Positions 17,819 through 26,544 of a DNA stretch of 35,989 nt are shown here, in pieces (position 1 is the first letter of the stretch; each line of letters opens with the position of its first letter). The notes below the pieces were generated by a model that was not told the origin of the DNA, searched no databases, and worked only from the letters and a program-made list of their open reading frames with translations. This stretch comes from a virus (taxonomy: Duplodnaviria > Caudoviricetes): positions 1 to 35,989 of the IMG/VR virus record IMGVR_UViG_3300010398_000022, one strand, 5' to 3'. Position numbers and translations under genes: made by a program.

Positions 17819-18346
17819 ATGCCACTATTCCCAGGATTACGTAATATTTCAATAGGGAAGCTAATCATGATATTTCTTACTATCAATTTCTTGTTTCTTG
17901 CCATACAGGGTGGATTGTCCAATTATTATTATCAGACTAATAGGTTGTTGAATGAAGAGATACTAAATCTTACACATCAAGTTCAAAGACAATCAGATCT
18001 CGAAGAATTAAAGATTAGATTGTTGCTAAACACTTCGATAGCTGAGCTAATAAGAAAAATAGATATTACAACACAAGCAAACCTGAACCTCTCTAAACAA
18101 TTGCAACAACAAAATATCTATTTCTTCAAGGCTGCAGCCACACAGGATAAATTCAGAAGTAATGTAACATCAAACATGCAAAATGTCCAACGAGATATAG
18201 ATGAGATATTAGCTAATCAGCAGGTCTTGTTTACACGTCTAGCATTCATAGCTGGTAATAAGACACTGAATCAAACACTTGATACTGTGCTACGTCATGA
18301 GCATGAACTAGCTAAATTATTACTTTTTGCTAATCGAACCCGATAG
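17819..18346 (+). CDS. N-terminally anchored coiled-coil membrane protein
   Basis: 175 aa; LIMIFLTINFLFLAI followed by an L/Q/N-rich helix with several N-x-S/T sequons. Confidence 0.6.
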   Translation: MPLFPGLRNISIGKLIMIFLTINFLFLAIQGGLSNYYYQTNRLLNEEILNLTHQVQRQSDLEELKIRLLLNTSIAELIRKIDITTQANLNLSKQLQQQNIYFFKAAATQDKFRSNVTSNMQNVQRDIDEILANQQVLFTRLAFIAGNKTLNQTLDTVLRHEHELAKLLLFANRTR

Positions 18347-18494
18347 CTTTTCTCTCTGCTTTTGAATGAGTATATTTCCATCGTTCAATCATTTTATATG
18401 CTCCACAATAGTCAGAGGCTTCATCTTCATGGTTACATGTGAAGCCATTTGGTTGAACATAAGGGCAGTTGAAAAAGTATTTACATTTCGACAT
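18330..18494 (-). CDS. 54-aa Cys4 microprotein MSKCKYFFNCPYVQPNGFTCNHEDEASDYCGAYK...
   Basis: Manual translation; C-x5-C-x9-C-x9-C. Start overlaps the end of 18481-19089 and the ORF fills the gap. Confidence 0.55.
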   Translation of the reverse strand: MSKCKYFFNCPYVQPNGFTCNHEDEASDYCGAYKMIERWKYTHSKAERKAIGFD

Positions 18495-19089
18495 TGGTTC
18501 GCTTGTTCTTTATTTGTTGTGTTGGACTTGTTGTTACATTGGTAGTTGTTGTAGTTATTTTGCCATTTTTCATTAGGTCATCAAACTCACCATTCAACCA
18601 ATCCTGGTATGAGTCTACTGTTATCTTTGTGCCTCCTTCTGGCATTATGTGATAAACTGTTCTTAGGCCTGCCTTCATTGTTATATCATTACATAGCTTG
18701 TGAAGGTTTTCAGCATGTTCTTTGTCAAATGGTATGAAATAGGCTATGGTTGTGTTTTTGCTTATTAGGCGTTGTTCATATGTGTTGTCTTCATTGATAA
18801 AACGTTCATAGATGGGTTCAAATTTTGGATAAACTCCTACTTCTGTTTGTGAATCACTCACATACGAACCTATTGGATTTTTTCCAGACCACATATGATT
18901 GTATACTATGTATTCTTCTCCTGGTGCCACAGCTATTCTTGTCATCTCTTGAATGGTTTCTTTCTTATCTGGGTCTGATTGTATTTGCTTTAGAATGAAT
19001 TTCCAGTGTTTTTCTGGTTCACTGTCTTCATAGGTTTCACCTATCTTGGCATATTCCTGTCTTAATTGTTCAGAGTCATTAAAAATCAT
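18481..19089 (-). CDS. Hypothetical protein downstream of major capsid gene
   Basis: 202-aa ORF; no recognised motif. Confidence 0.65.
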   Translation of the reverse strand: MIFNDSEQLRQEYAKIGETYEDSEPEKHWKFILKQIQSDPDKKETIQEMTRIAVAPGEEYIVYNHMWSGKNPIGSYVSDSQTEVGVYPKFEPIYERFINEDNTYEQRLISKNTTIAYFIPFDKEHAENLHKLCNDITMKAGLRTVYHIMPEGGTKITVDSYQDWLNGEFDDLMKNGKITTTTTNVTTSPTQQIKNKRTNVEM

Positions 19090-19127
19090 AAAATAATAAG
19101 ATATGAAATGAAGTGAAGTAAAAAGTT

Positions 19128-20354
19128 TTAGATGCTAGTGAGTTTCTTGCCCCATGCACTTCTGGTTGAAGGCACTACAATATCAAACCATTCCTTCTGT
19201 ATGAATATTGTTTGGTCAGGGTTGTATGTGTTTATTTGCTGGGTCTTTCTTGGTCCTTCAATATCTACTATGTATCTATGGTCTAGGATGTAAGCTGTAT
19301 CATTGGGAACGTCCTCGTTAATGATCCACTGTCGCGCCCATGGCACACCTGGAGGACCAGCAATTATCTGGTTCATGTCTGGTGTTAGTGAAGAATCTTG
19401 GTTGAATAGTCCACGAACCCATGTGTTTGTGTAAAAGTCAATCCATTGCTTTTCGTTAGTTACTATCATATCTACAGTTGCTAGTTTATCACTGTTTACT
19501 GCTAGTCTTACTGCGTTAAGATCGTTGTATGGTCTGTTTGTTGATTGAAGATTGCCAGCTGTATATGCTGCCCAGTCTGCTCCTGTTGCTGAGCCTAATG
19601 CTGCTAGTTTTGTGTTGATTCTGTTATATCTTGCTGCAGTAAAGTCTATAGCAATTTTTTCTAATATAAGAGCTTGAATATCCATTGTGAATTGTCTCAT
19701 ATAATATTCCTCTGTAAAGGCCATTCCTGCTCCTGCCTTTTTCAGCGTAACATTAGTCTGAGTAAATGCCCCATAACCTGAGGTGTCTATTGCTTCATTC
19801 TCCTTGTATCCAACTCTCACAGTTTGAGTTGTGTTGTTGTATTCAGGATAGACAATGTTTATGGTGTCTGATACAGTAAGCTTTTCTGGTATTCCCAGTA
19901 GGTTGTATTTCTGTGCTACTAGTTGCTGTCTGTTTAACAAGGCTTGAGAAACTTGGGTGACTGTTATCTGGGGAAATTCTGTTGAGGTTATTACTGCTGC
20001 TCCTTTAGCCTTGAATTTTTCATAATATCTTAAAGCCTGGTCTTGGAATTCAGGCATTATGTAGTCATAGGTTGCTTGGTCAGCATTCTTTTGTCCGCTA
20101 GCATTCTGGGCTTTCAGCTTCTTATAATTTTCATAGTTGGCTACTTTTGGCCAGTTATTCCAATGTTCACTGCTAATCTTTTCTACTGATTCAGTTGTTA
20201 CATGTATGAATCCTGATTTAGGATTATACATTGCATTCTGGACTTTGCCTTGGTCTTGATACTTCTTTACCTCTTTTGATACTAAACTTTCAATATATTC
20301 TGGATTGCTATTATATCCCATGCCAGAATATTGTGGGCTGTAAATCTGGCTCAA
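19128..20354 (-). CDS. Major capsid protein (HK97 fold) with ~120-aa N-terminal extension
   Basis: 408 aa, TTG start. GYKENEAID..TNVTLKKAGAGMAFTEEY, DMIVTNEKQW and WIINEDVPNDTAYILD follow the HK97 pattern. Follows protease and decoration genes. Confidence 0.85.
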   Translation of the reverse strand: MSQIYSPQYSGMGYNSNPEYIESLVSKEVKKYQDQGKVQNAMYNPKSGFIHVTTESVEKISSEHWNNWPKVANYENYKKLKAQNASGQKNADQATYDYIMPEFQDQALRYYEKFKAKGAAVITSTEFPQITVTQVSQALLNRQQLVAQKYNLLGIPEKLTVSDTINIVYPEYNNTTQTVRVGYKENEAIDTSGYGAFTQTNVTLKKAGAGMAFTEEYYMRQFTMDIQALILEKIAIDFTAARYNRINTKLAALGSATGADWAAYTAGNLQSTNRPYNDLNAVRLAVNSDKLATVDMIVTNEKQWIDFYTNTWVRGLFNQDSSLTPDMNQIIAGPPGVPWARQWIINEDVPNDTAYILDHRYIVDIEGPRKTQQINTYNPDQTIFIQKEWFDIVVPSTRSAWGKKLTSI

Positions 20355-20882
20355 TTAAGCTATCAACTCCACTGATTTCTCTAGAACATCTATCACTATG
20401 ATATCCCCATCAATTGTTGATGGTAATACAGCATCCATATCATGATGCTGCGTTATATTCAGAACATATGTGCCTATTACAGCATCATTATCAGTTCCAG
20501 CATAGACTTTTACCTTGTCTAGAGGTGTTGTGGCTCCTGGCATAACTGCTTGCCCTGGAGGTATGACTCCTTCAGCAACTCTCAGAATACGACCTGCTAC
20601 TATAACACTGCAAGTTGTATCTGTGTCTGCTGTGCCTCTTGTATAAGTTACAACACCAGTGATATTGTTAGTGCTTTGTGCTAGAATGGTTGTGTTGCCA
20701 CAAAAGCCAAATCTTCCAACACTGGCTGCTGCTCCTTTATCCCATCTACTGCTGGCTTTATTCCATACTAAGAGATCGCCATATAGTTGGCCTGTTCCTC
20801 CTGTTGTTGCTTTAGGTTGTGCACCTATTTGCTTAAAACTGAATCCTGGTTCAGCTAATGAATATCCTGATGGAACACCCAT
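20355..20882 (-). CDS. Putative capsid decoration/cement protein
   Basis: 175 aa, Gly/Thr/Val-rich; sits between scaffold and capsid genes (lambda gpD-like position). Confidence 0.6.
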   Translation of the reverse strand: MGVPSGYSLAEPGFSFKQIGAQPKATTGGTGQLYGDLLVWNKASSRWDKGAAASVGRFGFCGNTTILAQSTNNITGVVTYTRGTADTDTTCSVIVAGRILRVAEGVIPPGQAVMPGATTPLDKVKVYAGTDNDAVIGTYVLNITQHHDMDAVLPSTIDGDIIVIDVLEKSVELIA

Positions 20883-20885
20883 CGA

Positions 20886-21596
20886 TTAGGCAACTCCTTG
20901 ACTGGATTCAAACATATCCATTACCTCAATGATTTTTCTGTTATTATCAGAACTATTAGATGAGGCATTCTTAGCATTGAAATCTGGCACATCATGATTA
21001 GTATCGGCTACAATAGCAGCTGATTTGGCTACTGGAAATTGGGTCTGAGATTTACCAAATTTGTCAGCTAGATATTGCTCTAGTTCTGGCTCTGACATTA
21101 CTGAGGAATATCTTAATGCAATATCGACTTCCTTTTCGAAAGCATCTTTTGATTTGAATTGACTGCCATATCTTGCTACTTTTGAAGCTGCGTAATAGCG
21201 TTGCTCAGTTTGTTTCCTAATGTTATTGTCTTTCTCTAAGGCTGTGAATCGTTTGTTTAGGTCTTGAATAAGTTCTTGTTGAGTTATAATCATTTTCTGT
21301 AATTCAGGAACTGATTCAGGCAGGCCTGCTATCCTAGCTTCTTTTGGTTCTTCCTTATCTGGAGGACCATCTCTAACTCTAGTGTCACCTCTTTCTAGAC
21401 CTGGCTTTTGCTGGTCTGATTGTGGTTCAGGCTCTTGTTTTGATGGTGGTATATTGTTGATAATTGGTTGAGTGTTATTGCTTGTTGTAGTAGAAACAGG
21501 TTGCCATGCATAAACCAGTCCTGATGTATTATTTGTTGAGCCAACTTCTTGCGAGTTGCTTCTTATGGGACTCGCATTAGTAGTCTGTTCAGACAT
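20886..21596 (-). CDS. Nested in-frame scaffolding protein (236 aa, MSEQTTNASP...)
   Basis: Internal Met223 at the protease/scaffold boundary, with the conserved TAGTTCTCACAAT motif 40 nt upstream. Confidence 0.6.
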   Translation of the reverse strand: MSEQTTNASPIRSNSQEVGSTNNTSGLVYAWQPVSTTTSNNTQPIINNIPPSKQEPEPQSDQQKPGLERGDTRVRDGPPDKEEPKEARIAGLPESVPELQKMIITQQELIQDLNKRFTALEKDNNIRKQTEQRYYAASKVARYGSQFKSKDAFEKEVDIALRYSSVMSEPELEQYLADKFGKSQTQFPVAKSAAIVADTNHDVPDFNAKNASSNSSDNNRKIIEVMDMFESSQGVA

Positions 21597-22262
21597 ATCT
21601 ATGCTTTGAGTTTGCGAATTTGTATTGTGAGAACTACTAGAGAGAGCCTTTATTGCTCCTGTTACACAAAAGCCAGCAGTGCTTGCATTTTGCAGTTTTA
21701 TCTTACAGTCTTTGATATGGCCATAGCAATTGCCTCGTAGTTGCATCTTCTCTCCATAAGCAGGAACATCAACAAATGCCCAGTGTGAAATTATCCAGTG
21801 TTTGTATGTGTTTGTTCTATCCTCTTCTGGGAAATCTGATGGGAATGTGATAACCTGTGGACTGATATATCTAGGATAATCGGAATTAGCCGAGGCATTC
21901 TTTAGGGCCAGCTTGGCTGTTGGATCGGTAACCTGAAGCCATACTCTCCAATCGGCACCAAGACTGGGTTTATCCAATCTAACTGCTCTGGCTATTGAAA
22001 AAGCCTCTTGTCCTTGTAATAATTCAACTAATGTGGCATTAGGAAATTCAGGATGTATAAAATTGCCTTCTTGGTTTTTATCTAGTGGGTTTAATGGGTC
22101 TTTGGGCTTTATAACGCCTGGTCTGCCTAGTCCACTGGTAATATTTTTATCAATATCTTCTACCTTCCAGCCATTTTTGTTGAATGAATCATCTATAGCA
22201 GTATAAACAAGAAATAAATCATCTGTGCTGGGTTCATAGTGTTTGCTTTGGAATTCGAACAT
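20886..22262 (-). CDS. Prohead maturation protease fused to scaffolding protein
   Basis: N-half has NKNGW, RYISPQV and HWAFVDVPAYG (assemblin/Mu gpI-like). C-half is low-complexity plus coiled coil. Confidence 0.75.
   Translation of the reverse strand: MFEFQSKHYEPSTDDLFLVYTAIDDSFNKNGWKVEDIDKNITSGLGRPGVIKPKDPLNPLDKNQEGNFIHPEFPNATLVELLQGQEAFSIARAVRLDKPSLGADWRVWLQVTDPTAKLALKNASANSDYPRYISPQVITFPSDFPEEDRTNTYKHWIISHWAFVDVPAYGEKMQLRGNCYGHIKDCKIKLQNASTAGFCVTGAIKALSSSSHNTNSQTQSIDMSEQTTNASPIRSNSQEVGSTNNTSGLVYAWQPVSTTTSNNTQPIINNIPPSKQEPEPQSDQQKPGLERGDTRVRDGPPDKEEPKEARIAGLPESVPELQKMIITQQELIQDLNKRFTALEKDNNIRKQTEQRYYAASKVARYGSQFKSKDAFEKEVDIALRYSSVMSEPELEQYLADKFGKSQTQFPVAKSAAIVADTNHDVPDFNAKNASSNSSDNNRKIIEVMDMFESSQGVA
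21624..21636 (-). promoter_or_regulatory. Internal late-promoter-like motif TAGTTCTCACAAT
   Basis: Identical 13-mer to 33171-33183; begins 40 nt upstream of in-frame ATG 21596. Confidence 0.6.
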
Positions 22263-22289
22263 AATACATTGTGCTTTTGTGTTTTAGAT

Positions 22290-22302
22290 AGAATGAGAAC
22301 TA
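22290..22302 (-). promoter_or_regulatory. Late-promoter-like motif TAGTTCTCATTCT
   Basis: Begins 40 nt upstream of protease ATG 22262; its TAG doubles as the stop of the upstream gene. Confidence 0.6.
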
Positions 22303-23859
22303 ATCATTTGCAGCTATTTTACAATAGTTTATTGACAATTGTCTTGCATTGCTACCTATAGCTTCTATGTTGAAGTGTAGAAATAGGGGTGTGGTTGTGG
22401 CTGGGGTGTTGCTAGTTCCAGCTGGGGTATAAACTGTTCCATCTAATGTTACTTTGATTTTGCCTGCTACATTATCAAATTCTAATTGTAAGTCATGGAC
22501 TGATGTATTCTTTGCTACTGTGCTTATGAATGAGCTAGATGAGCCAGATACAGCATAAGTTATTTGAAAATTGCTATGAATATCAGAATAGCCAAACAAT
22601 AATCCAGATGCTCCACCTGATAATGGGTCATCCCCACCAGCATTCAAAGCAATAGTAGATTCAGTTGAGAGACCCATCCATACTCTATTATTTGAATTAT
22701 CTCCTATCTTGAATCTGAAATTAACAACAGGTGTATAGCTTCTTCTGGTAATGCTGCATAATGTTTTGAATCCAGCTATTGCTGCATCACTGCTATCTGT
22801 TGTGAAGGTTGTAAAGTTGTCTGTTGCGCTTGATTGGTCACCAGTTATAGAATTGCCATAGCCTGCTGCTCCTCCTAATATACCTGTTCCTGATGTTGCT
22901 CCACCCCAGAAGCCACCCCACTTTGTAACATCTGGCATAAATGCTGAGCTAGTTCCTGCTGATGGTAGTGCTGCCCATGCTGGTAGACCACCAACCATTG
23001 TTAGCACATTTCCAGCTGCACCATTAGCTATGCCTGAAAATGCTCCAGTTCCTGTGCCTCTTACCAAGCCTGTTAGTGAACTAGCACCAGTGCCACCATT
23101 AGCAACACCAAGAGTTCCAGTTACCTGTGAAGATAAATTCACAGTTCCTGCTAATGAGCCTAAAGTGATAGATGCTAGATTAACATCCAGGTTTATCTTG
23201 TTATTAGCAACATCATCTACTACTGACATGTTGCTAGAGGCAGCAAATAATTTCTTTAGCTCAAAATTAACTCCTGTTTTTTGTTTGAAAACACCAATTC
23301 CAGCAGTGCCTATGTTGCTAACAGTGTTGGTTTCTCCACCTCCTGCTACAACTGCAGGATCAGCATATTCTAGGTCTGTTGCTGCTGCGTTTACCCTCAA
23401 TAATTGTAAAGCTGTGCCTTTTCCTCTTCTGGAATATCTGGTTCCATTGTTTATTAGAATATCTCCTGCTGTGTTTGTTGTTGAGTGGTTTAGTGGGTTT
23501 AGATCAATGCTTATGGTTTTGTTGGTTAATGTTTCTGCTCCTGAAGAATTCCATGTGTTGGCTACTAAGGCATCTAGGTCTATCATTGAGCCTCCAGTCT
23601 TTTGTATTTTTAAATGATTGTCTGCTGGGTCTACCACAATGTGTCTTACTGTAGCTAGAGTTGGTGAAGCTGGTAGTGTTGCTGGGGCTTTTATTTCTAC
23701 ATGGTCTATGAATTGAAATGGATTTAGTATTCTAACTTGTCGTGAAGCTACAACTTTGCCATTGAAGATTTTCATCACTTCGAGCAAATCATTGGAACCA
23801 TACTTGGTTGCAGTTCCAGGATTGGCTATGTTAACCTCTTTAAAATCAGTAAAACTCAT
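22300..23859 (-). CDS. Fibre-like virion protein, paralogue 1
   Basis: 519 aa; shared N-terminus MSFTDFKEV..PG..TKYGS. Fibre motifs GDILINNGT, GETNTVSNIG, VTGTLGVANGGTGA and GNVLT; lectin-like C-terminus. Confidence 0.7.
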   Translation of the reverse strand: MSFTDFKEVNIANPGTATKYGSNDLLEVMKIFNGKVVASRQVRILNPFQFIDHVEIKAPATLPASPTLATVRHIVVDPADNHLKIQKTGGSMIDLDALVANTWNSSGAETLTNKTISIDLNPLNHSTTNTAGDILINNGTRYSRRGKGTALQLLRVNAAATDLEYADPAVVAGGGETNTVSNIGTAGIGVFKQKTGVNFELKKLFAASSNMSVVDDVANNKINLDVNLASITLGSLAGTVNLSSQVTGTLGVANGGTGASSLTGLVRGTGTGAFSGIANGAAGNVLTMVGGLPAWAALPSAGTSSAFMPDVTKWGGFWGGATSGTGILGGAAGYGNSITGDQSSATDNFTTFTTDSSDAAIAGFKTLCSITRRSYTPVVNFRFKIGDNSNNRVWMGLSTESTIALNAGGDDPLSGGASGLLFGYSDIHSNFQITYAVSGSSSSFISTVAKNTSVHDLQLEFDNVAGKIKVTLDGTVYTPAGTSNTPATTTPLFLHFNIEAIGSNARQLSINYCKIAAND

Positions 23860-23860
23860 T

Positions 23861-25171
23861 TTAGATAAACACCACCCATGCCCATGTCAAGTTATTAGTG
23901 CCTGACACTGGAGCATAACCATAATTCACTACAAGATTAACAGAGTCTGCTGTAATCCAATAATGAGCACCATTATGTTCAGCTGGATAAGCTGGTTGAT
24001 AATTAGCATAATTAGCCACTGAGGACGTTGGTGTTACAGCAAACTTTGTGGGGGTTGTGCCAGCTCCATGGGCTATGTTGAAAGTTTTGGTTACTCCATT
24101 ACCTGAGAAAGTAGCAGTGCCACCTAGCACAGTTGGCACAATTACACTTGTCCATCCTATATCAGTTCCTCCAGAATTTACTCGTAAAGCTTGGTTGGCT
24201 GTGCCTCGTGGTATTCTAATATATTTAGCAGCAGTTGTATCATATGCAAGAATATCCCCTTGAGCATTTGTCGTTGAATGTTTTACAGTATTCGTATCAA
24301 TATTGTAAGTCTTGCCTGAAGGTGTGTTGGGATACTGTGCATCTGTTATTGAACCACCTAATGAGCTTAGGGTTAGGTTTGCTTGAGCAACATCAATGTC
24401 TATTTCCTTGTTCACTGTATCATTCGTAACTGTAATTTTGTTAGAACCAGCATTGATGTTCTTAAATTGAAGGTCAACACCAACTTTGGCATTAAATACT
24501 CCTGTTCCTCCCACTCCTTGGTTTGAAGCTGTATTAGCTTCTCCAGTGCTGCTTCCGGGTGGTGTTTGGGCATCCCATCTTGATAGTGAAGTGTTCCATG
24601 TTGGGACTTGGCCATTAGTTGGGTTCATTGTTGAAGCATCAGCCAGGTCTTTTATTTTAGAGCCTGTTTTGTCTATCTTTGTCCAGGCTATTGCTGCTGT
24701 TGTGCTTATATTGGCATTGGCTATCTTCTGGTATTGTAGGTCTGTTGCTCCTACTGTTAATACCTCATCCTGATTGCCTTTTTGAAATCTGATATATTTT
24801 ACACCATTGTTTTTTAGAATATCTCCCAAGACATTGTTGGTTGGGTTGGTGTAGGCTAATGTGTTGGTATCAAGAGAGAATAGTTGTAGGTCTGTTAGAG
24901 TTCCACTAACATCCTGAACTTTTAGGTGAAAGTCAGAAGGGTCTATGAATAAATTGACATAGTTGCTTGAGGTGGGTGCTGTTGGTATGCTGGGTGCAGC
25001 CATCAGTTCTATTCGGTCAGAGAAACGCCATGGATTCTTTATGTTGGGTCTTTTATTGGCTACAACTTTAGCATTTAGAATTTGAACTATTTCTTTTAGT
25101 TGGTCGCTACCATAATGGGTTGAATCTCCTGGATCTACATTTGGGAGTTCTTTAAAATCGGTATACGACAT
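23861..25171 (-). CDS. Fibre-like virion protein, paralogue 2
   Basis: 436 aa; MSYTDFKEL..PG..THYGS; GDIL repeats, PTNGQVPTWN, GEANTASNQG, C-terminal FSGNGVTKTFNIAHG. Confidence 0.7.
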   Translation of the reverse strand: MSYTDFKELPNVDPGDSTHYGSDQLKEIVQILNAKVVANKRPNIKNPWRFSDRIELMAAPSIPTAPTSSNYVNLFIDPSDFHLKVQDVSGTLTDLQLFSLDTNTLAYTNPTNNVLGDILKNNGVKYIRFQKGNQDEVLTVGATDLQYQKIANANISTTAAIAWTKIDKTGSKIKDLADASTMNPTNGQVPTWNTSLSRWDAQTPPGSSTGEANTASNQGVGGTGVFNAKVGVDLQFKNINAGSNKITVTNDTVNKEIDIDVAQANLTLSSLGGSITDAQYPNTPSGKTYNIDTNTVKHSTTNAQGDILAYDTTAAKYIRIPRGTANQALRVNSGGTDIGWTSVIVPTVLGGTATFSGNGVTKTFNIAHGAGTTPTKFAVTPTSSVANYANYQPAYPAEHNGAHYWITADSVNLVVNYGYAPVSGTNNLTWAWVVFI

Positions 25172-25175
25172 ATCT

Positions 25176-25568
25176 CTATTGTTTAGCTTGCTCCTGTTGT
25201 GGTAAAGTGAACTTAAACTTGACTAGAGCTTCAGCATTTTTTCCTGCTGTTATTGTTATGGCTGTATTACTGGTGATTAGTTGGTCATATAATTGTGAAT
25301 GCATTGAATATAGCTCTTGGAATGTTTTGAATAAGTTTTCGTTAATTAAAAGTTGTTTGGCTGTTTCATCCTTTTGTTGGGCTAGTTCTCTATCTAATCT
25401 GTTTACTGTGCCAGCTATTGAATCTCTTTCTGATTTGAGAGTTTCTATTTGAGTTCTAGCCATTTCTAGATGGGCTGTAAGGTCTTCAGCTTGTGTTAGA
25501 GCTACCATTGTTGGGTTTGGGTTAATGCCTATCTTTTGTGGTTTCTCAGTCTGGATTTCATTAGTCAT
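25176..25568 (-). CDS. Coiled-coil protein
   Basis: 130 aa with heptad pattern (LEMARTQIETLKSERDSI..LDRELAQQK). Confidence 0.6.
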   Translation of the reverse strand: MTNEIQTEKPQKIGINPNPTMVALTQAEDLTAHLEMARTQIETLKSERDSIAGTVNRLDRELAQQKDETAKQLLINENLFKTFQELYSMHSQLYDQLITSNTAITITAGKNAEALVKFKFTLPQQEQAKQ

Positions 25569-26535
25569 ATGCTTCTATCCAGGCTCCTTCAGTTGATATA
25601 GTTCTTGCTGTTGTGGTTGTTGTTACTGCTACTTCATTGAAGAATAAGTTAGAAGTTAATGGTGGTAAATCAGTTGTAATGGTTTGAACTACATTATCAA
25701 ATAATACTGTGATGTTTCCTGATGCTGGCCAGTTTATTTCTATTGTATGCATATTGGCGTCTTTGGCTATTGGTCCTGATACATTATCAGCAGTTACTGG
25801 TGATACAGCATCATTATGCCATATTGTCCAGTTTGTTGAGCCAGTTCCAGTTTCAACAAAGCCAACCAAAATACCACCATCACCCGTTGCCAAAGGCTGA
25901 GTGGCTGCTGCTACTGGTAATGTGCTATTAGAAGTAAAGCCAAACAGAAATTTAGATGAAGTGGTAGAATCTATCTTGGCTCTGGTTACTGCTCTAGCTC
26001 CAAATAATCGTCTACCTATTCCAACTCCTGCAGTTGGGCTAACAATACCAGCTATGTTGCCTGCTACTGCTCCACTTGTTATATTTGATAAAATACCATC
26101 TGTTGTATCAAATGTGTTGGTTACAGTTCCAGCTCCAGTAAGAACATGCTGTGATAATATGCCTCCTAATGTGTTGGCTGTTGTTAATGTCGTGCCAGCA
26201 ACAGGCATCCAATAACCTGTTCTTTCTACCATTGGTGAAACTAATCCAGTAACACCAAGGTCTTGTATCAGACCAGTTGAGCTTTTTAATGCTAGTCTAT
26301 GAGTAGTTGAATCAATGTAAAGGCTTTGGTAATTTGTTGATGGGCTTGAAGGTGCTACAATTTCTTTCATATCAAAGCTGGCATCCCATCGCCATGGGTT
26401 TATTACATGGGGTCTTTTGTCTGCTGTAACTTTGCCATTCAATATCTGCATTATATCCAGCAAGTCTTGGCTACCATACTTGGTGGTTGATCCTGCTGCT
26501 GGGGTTGTTACCTCTCTAAAATCTACAAATGACAT
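25561..26535 (-). CDS. Fibre-like virion protein, paralogue 3 (short)
   Basis: 324 aa; MSFVDFREV..AG..TKYGS N-domain joined almost directly to a lectin-like C-domain similar to that of 22300-23859. Confidence 0.7.
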   Translation of the reverse strand: MSFVDFREVTTPAAGSTTKYGSQDLLDIMQILNGKVTADKRPHVINPWRWDASFDMKEIVAPSSPSTNYQSLYIDSTTHRLALKSSTGLIQDLGVTGLVSPMVERTGYWMPVAGTTLTTANTLGGILSQHVLTGAGTVTNTFDTTDGILSNITSGAVAGNIAGIVSPTAGVGIGRRLFGARAVTRAKIDSTTSSKFLFGFTSNSTLPVAAATQPLATGDGGILVGFVETGTGSTNWTIWHNDAVSPVTADNVSGPIAKDANMHTIEINWPASGNITVLFDNVVQTITTDLPPLTSNLFFNEVAVTTTTTARTISTEGAWIEAYD

Positions 26536-26544
26536 TTTCTTTTA

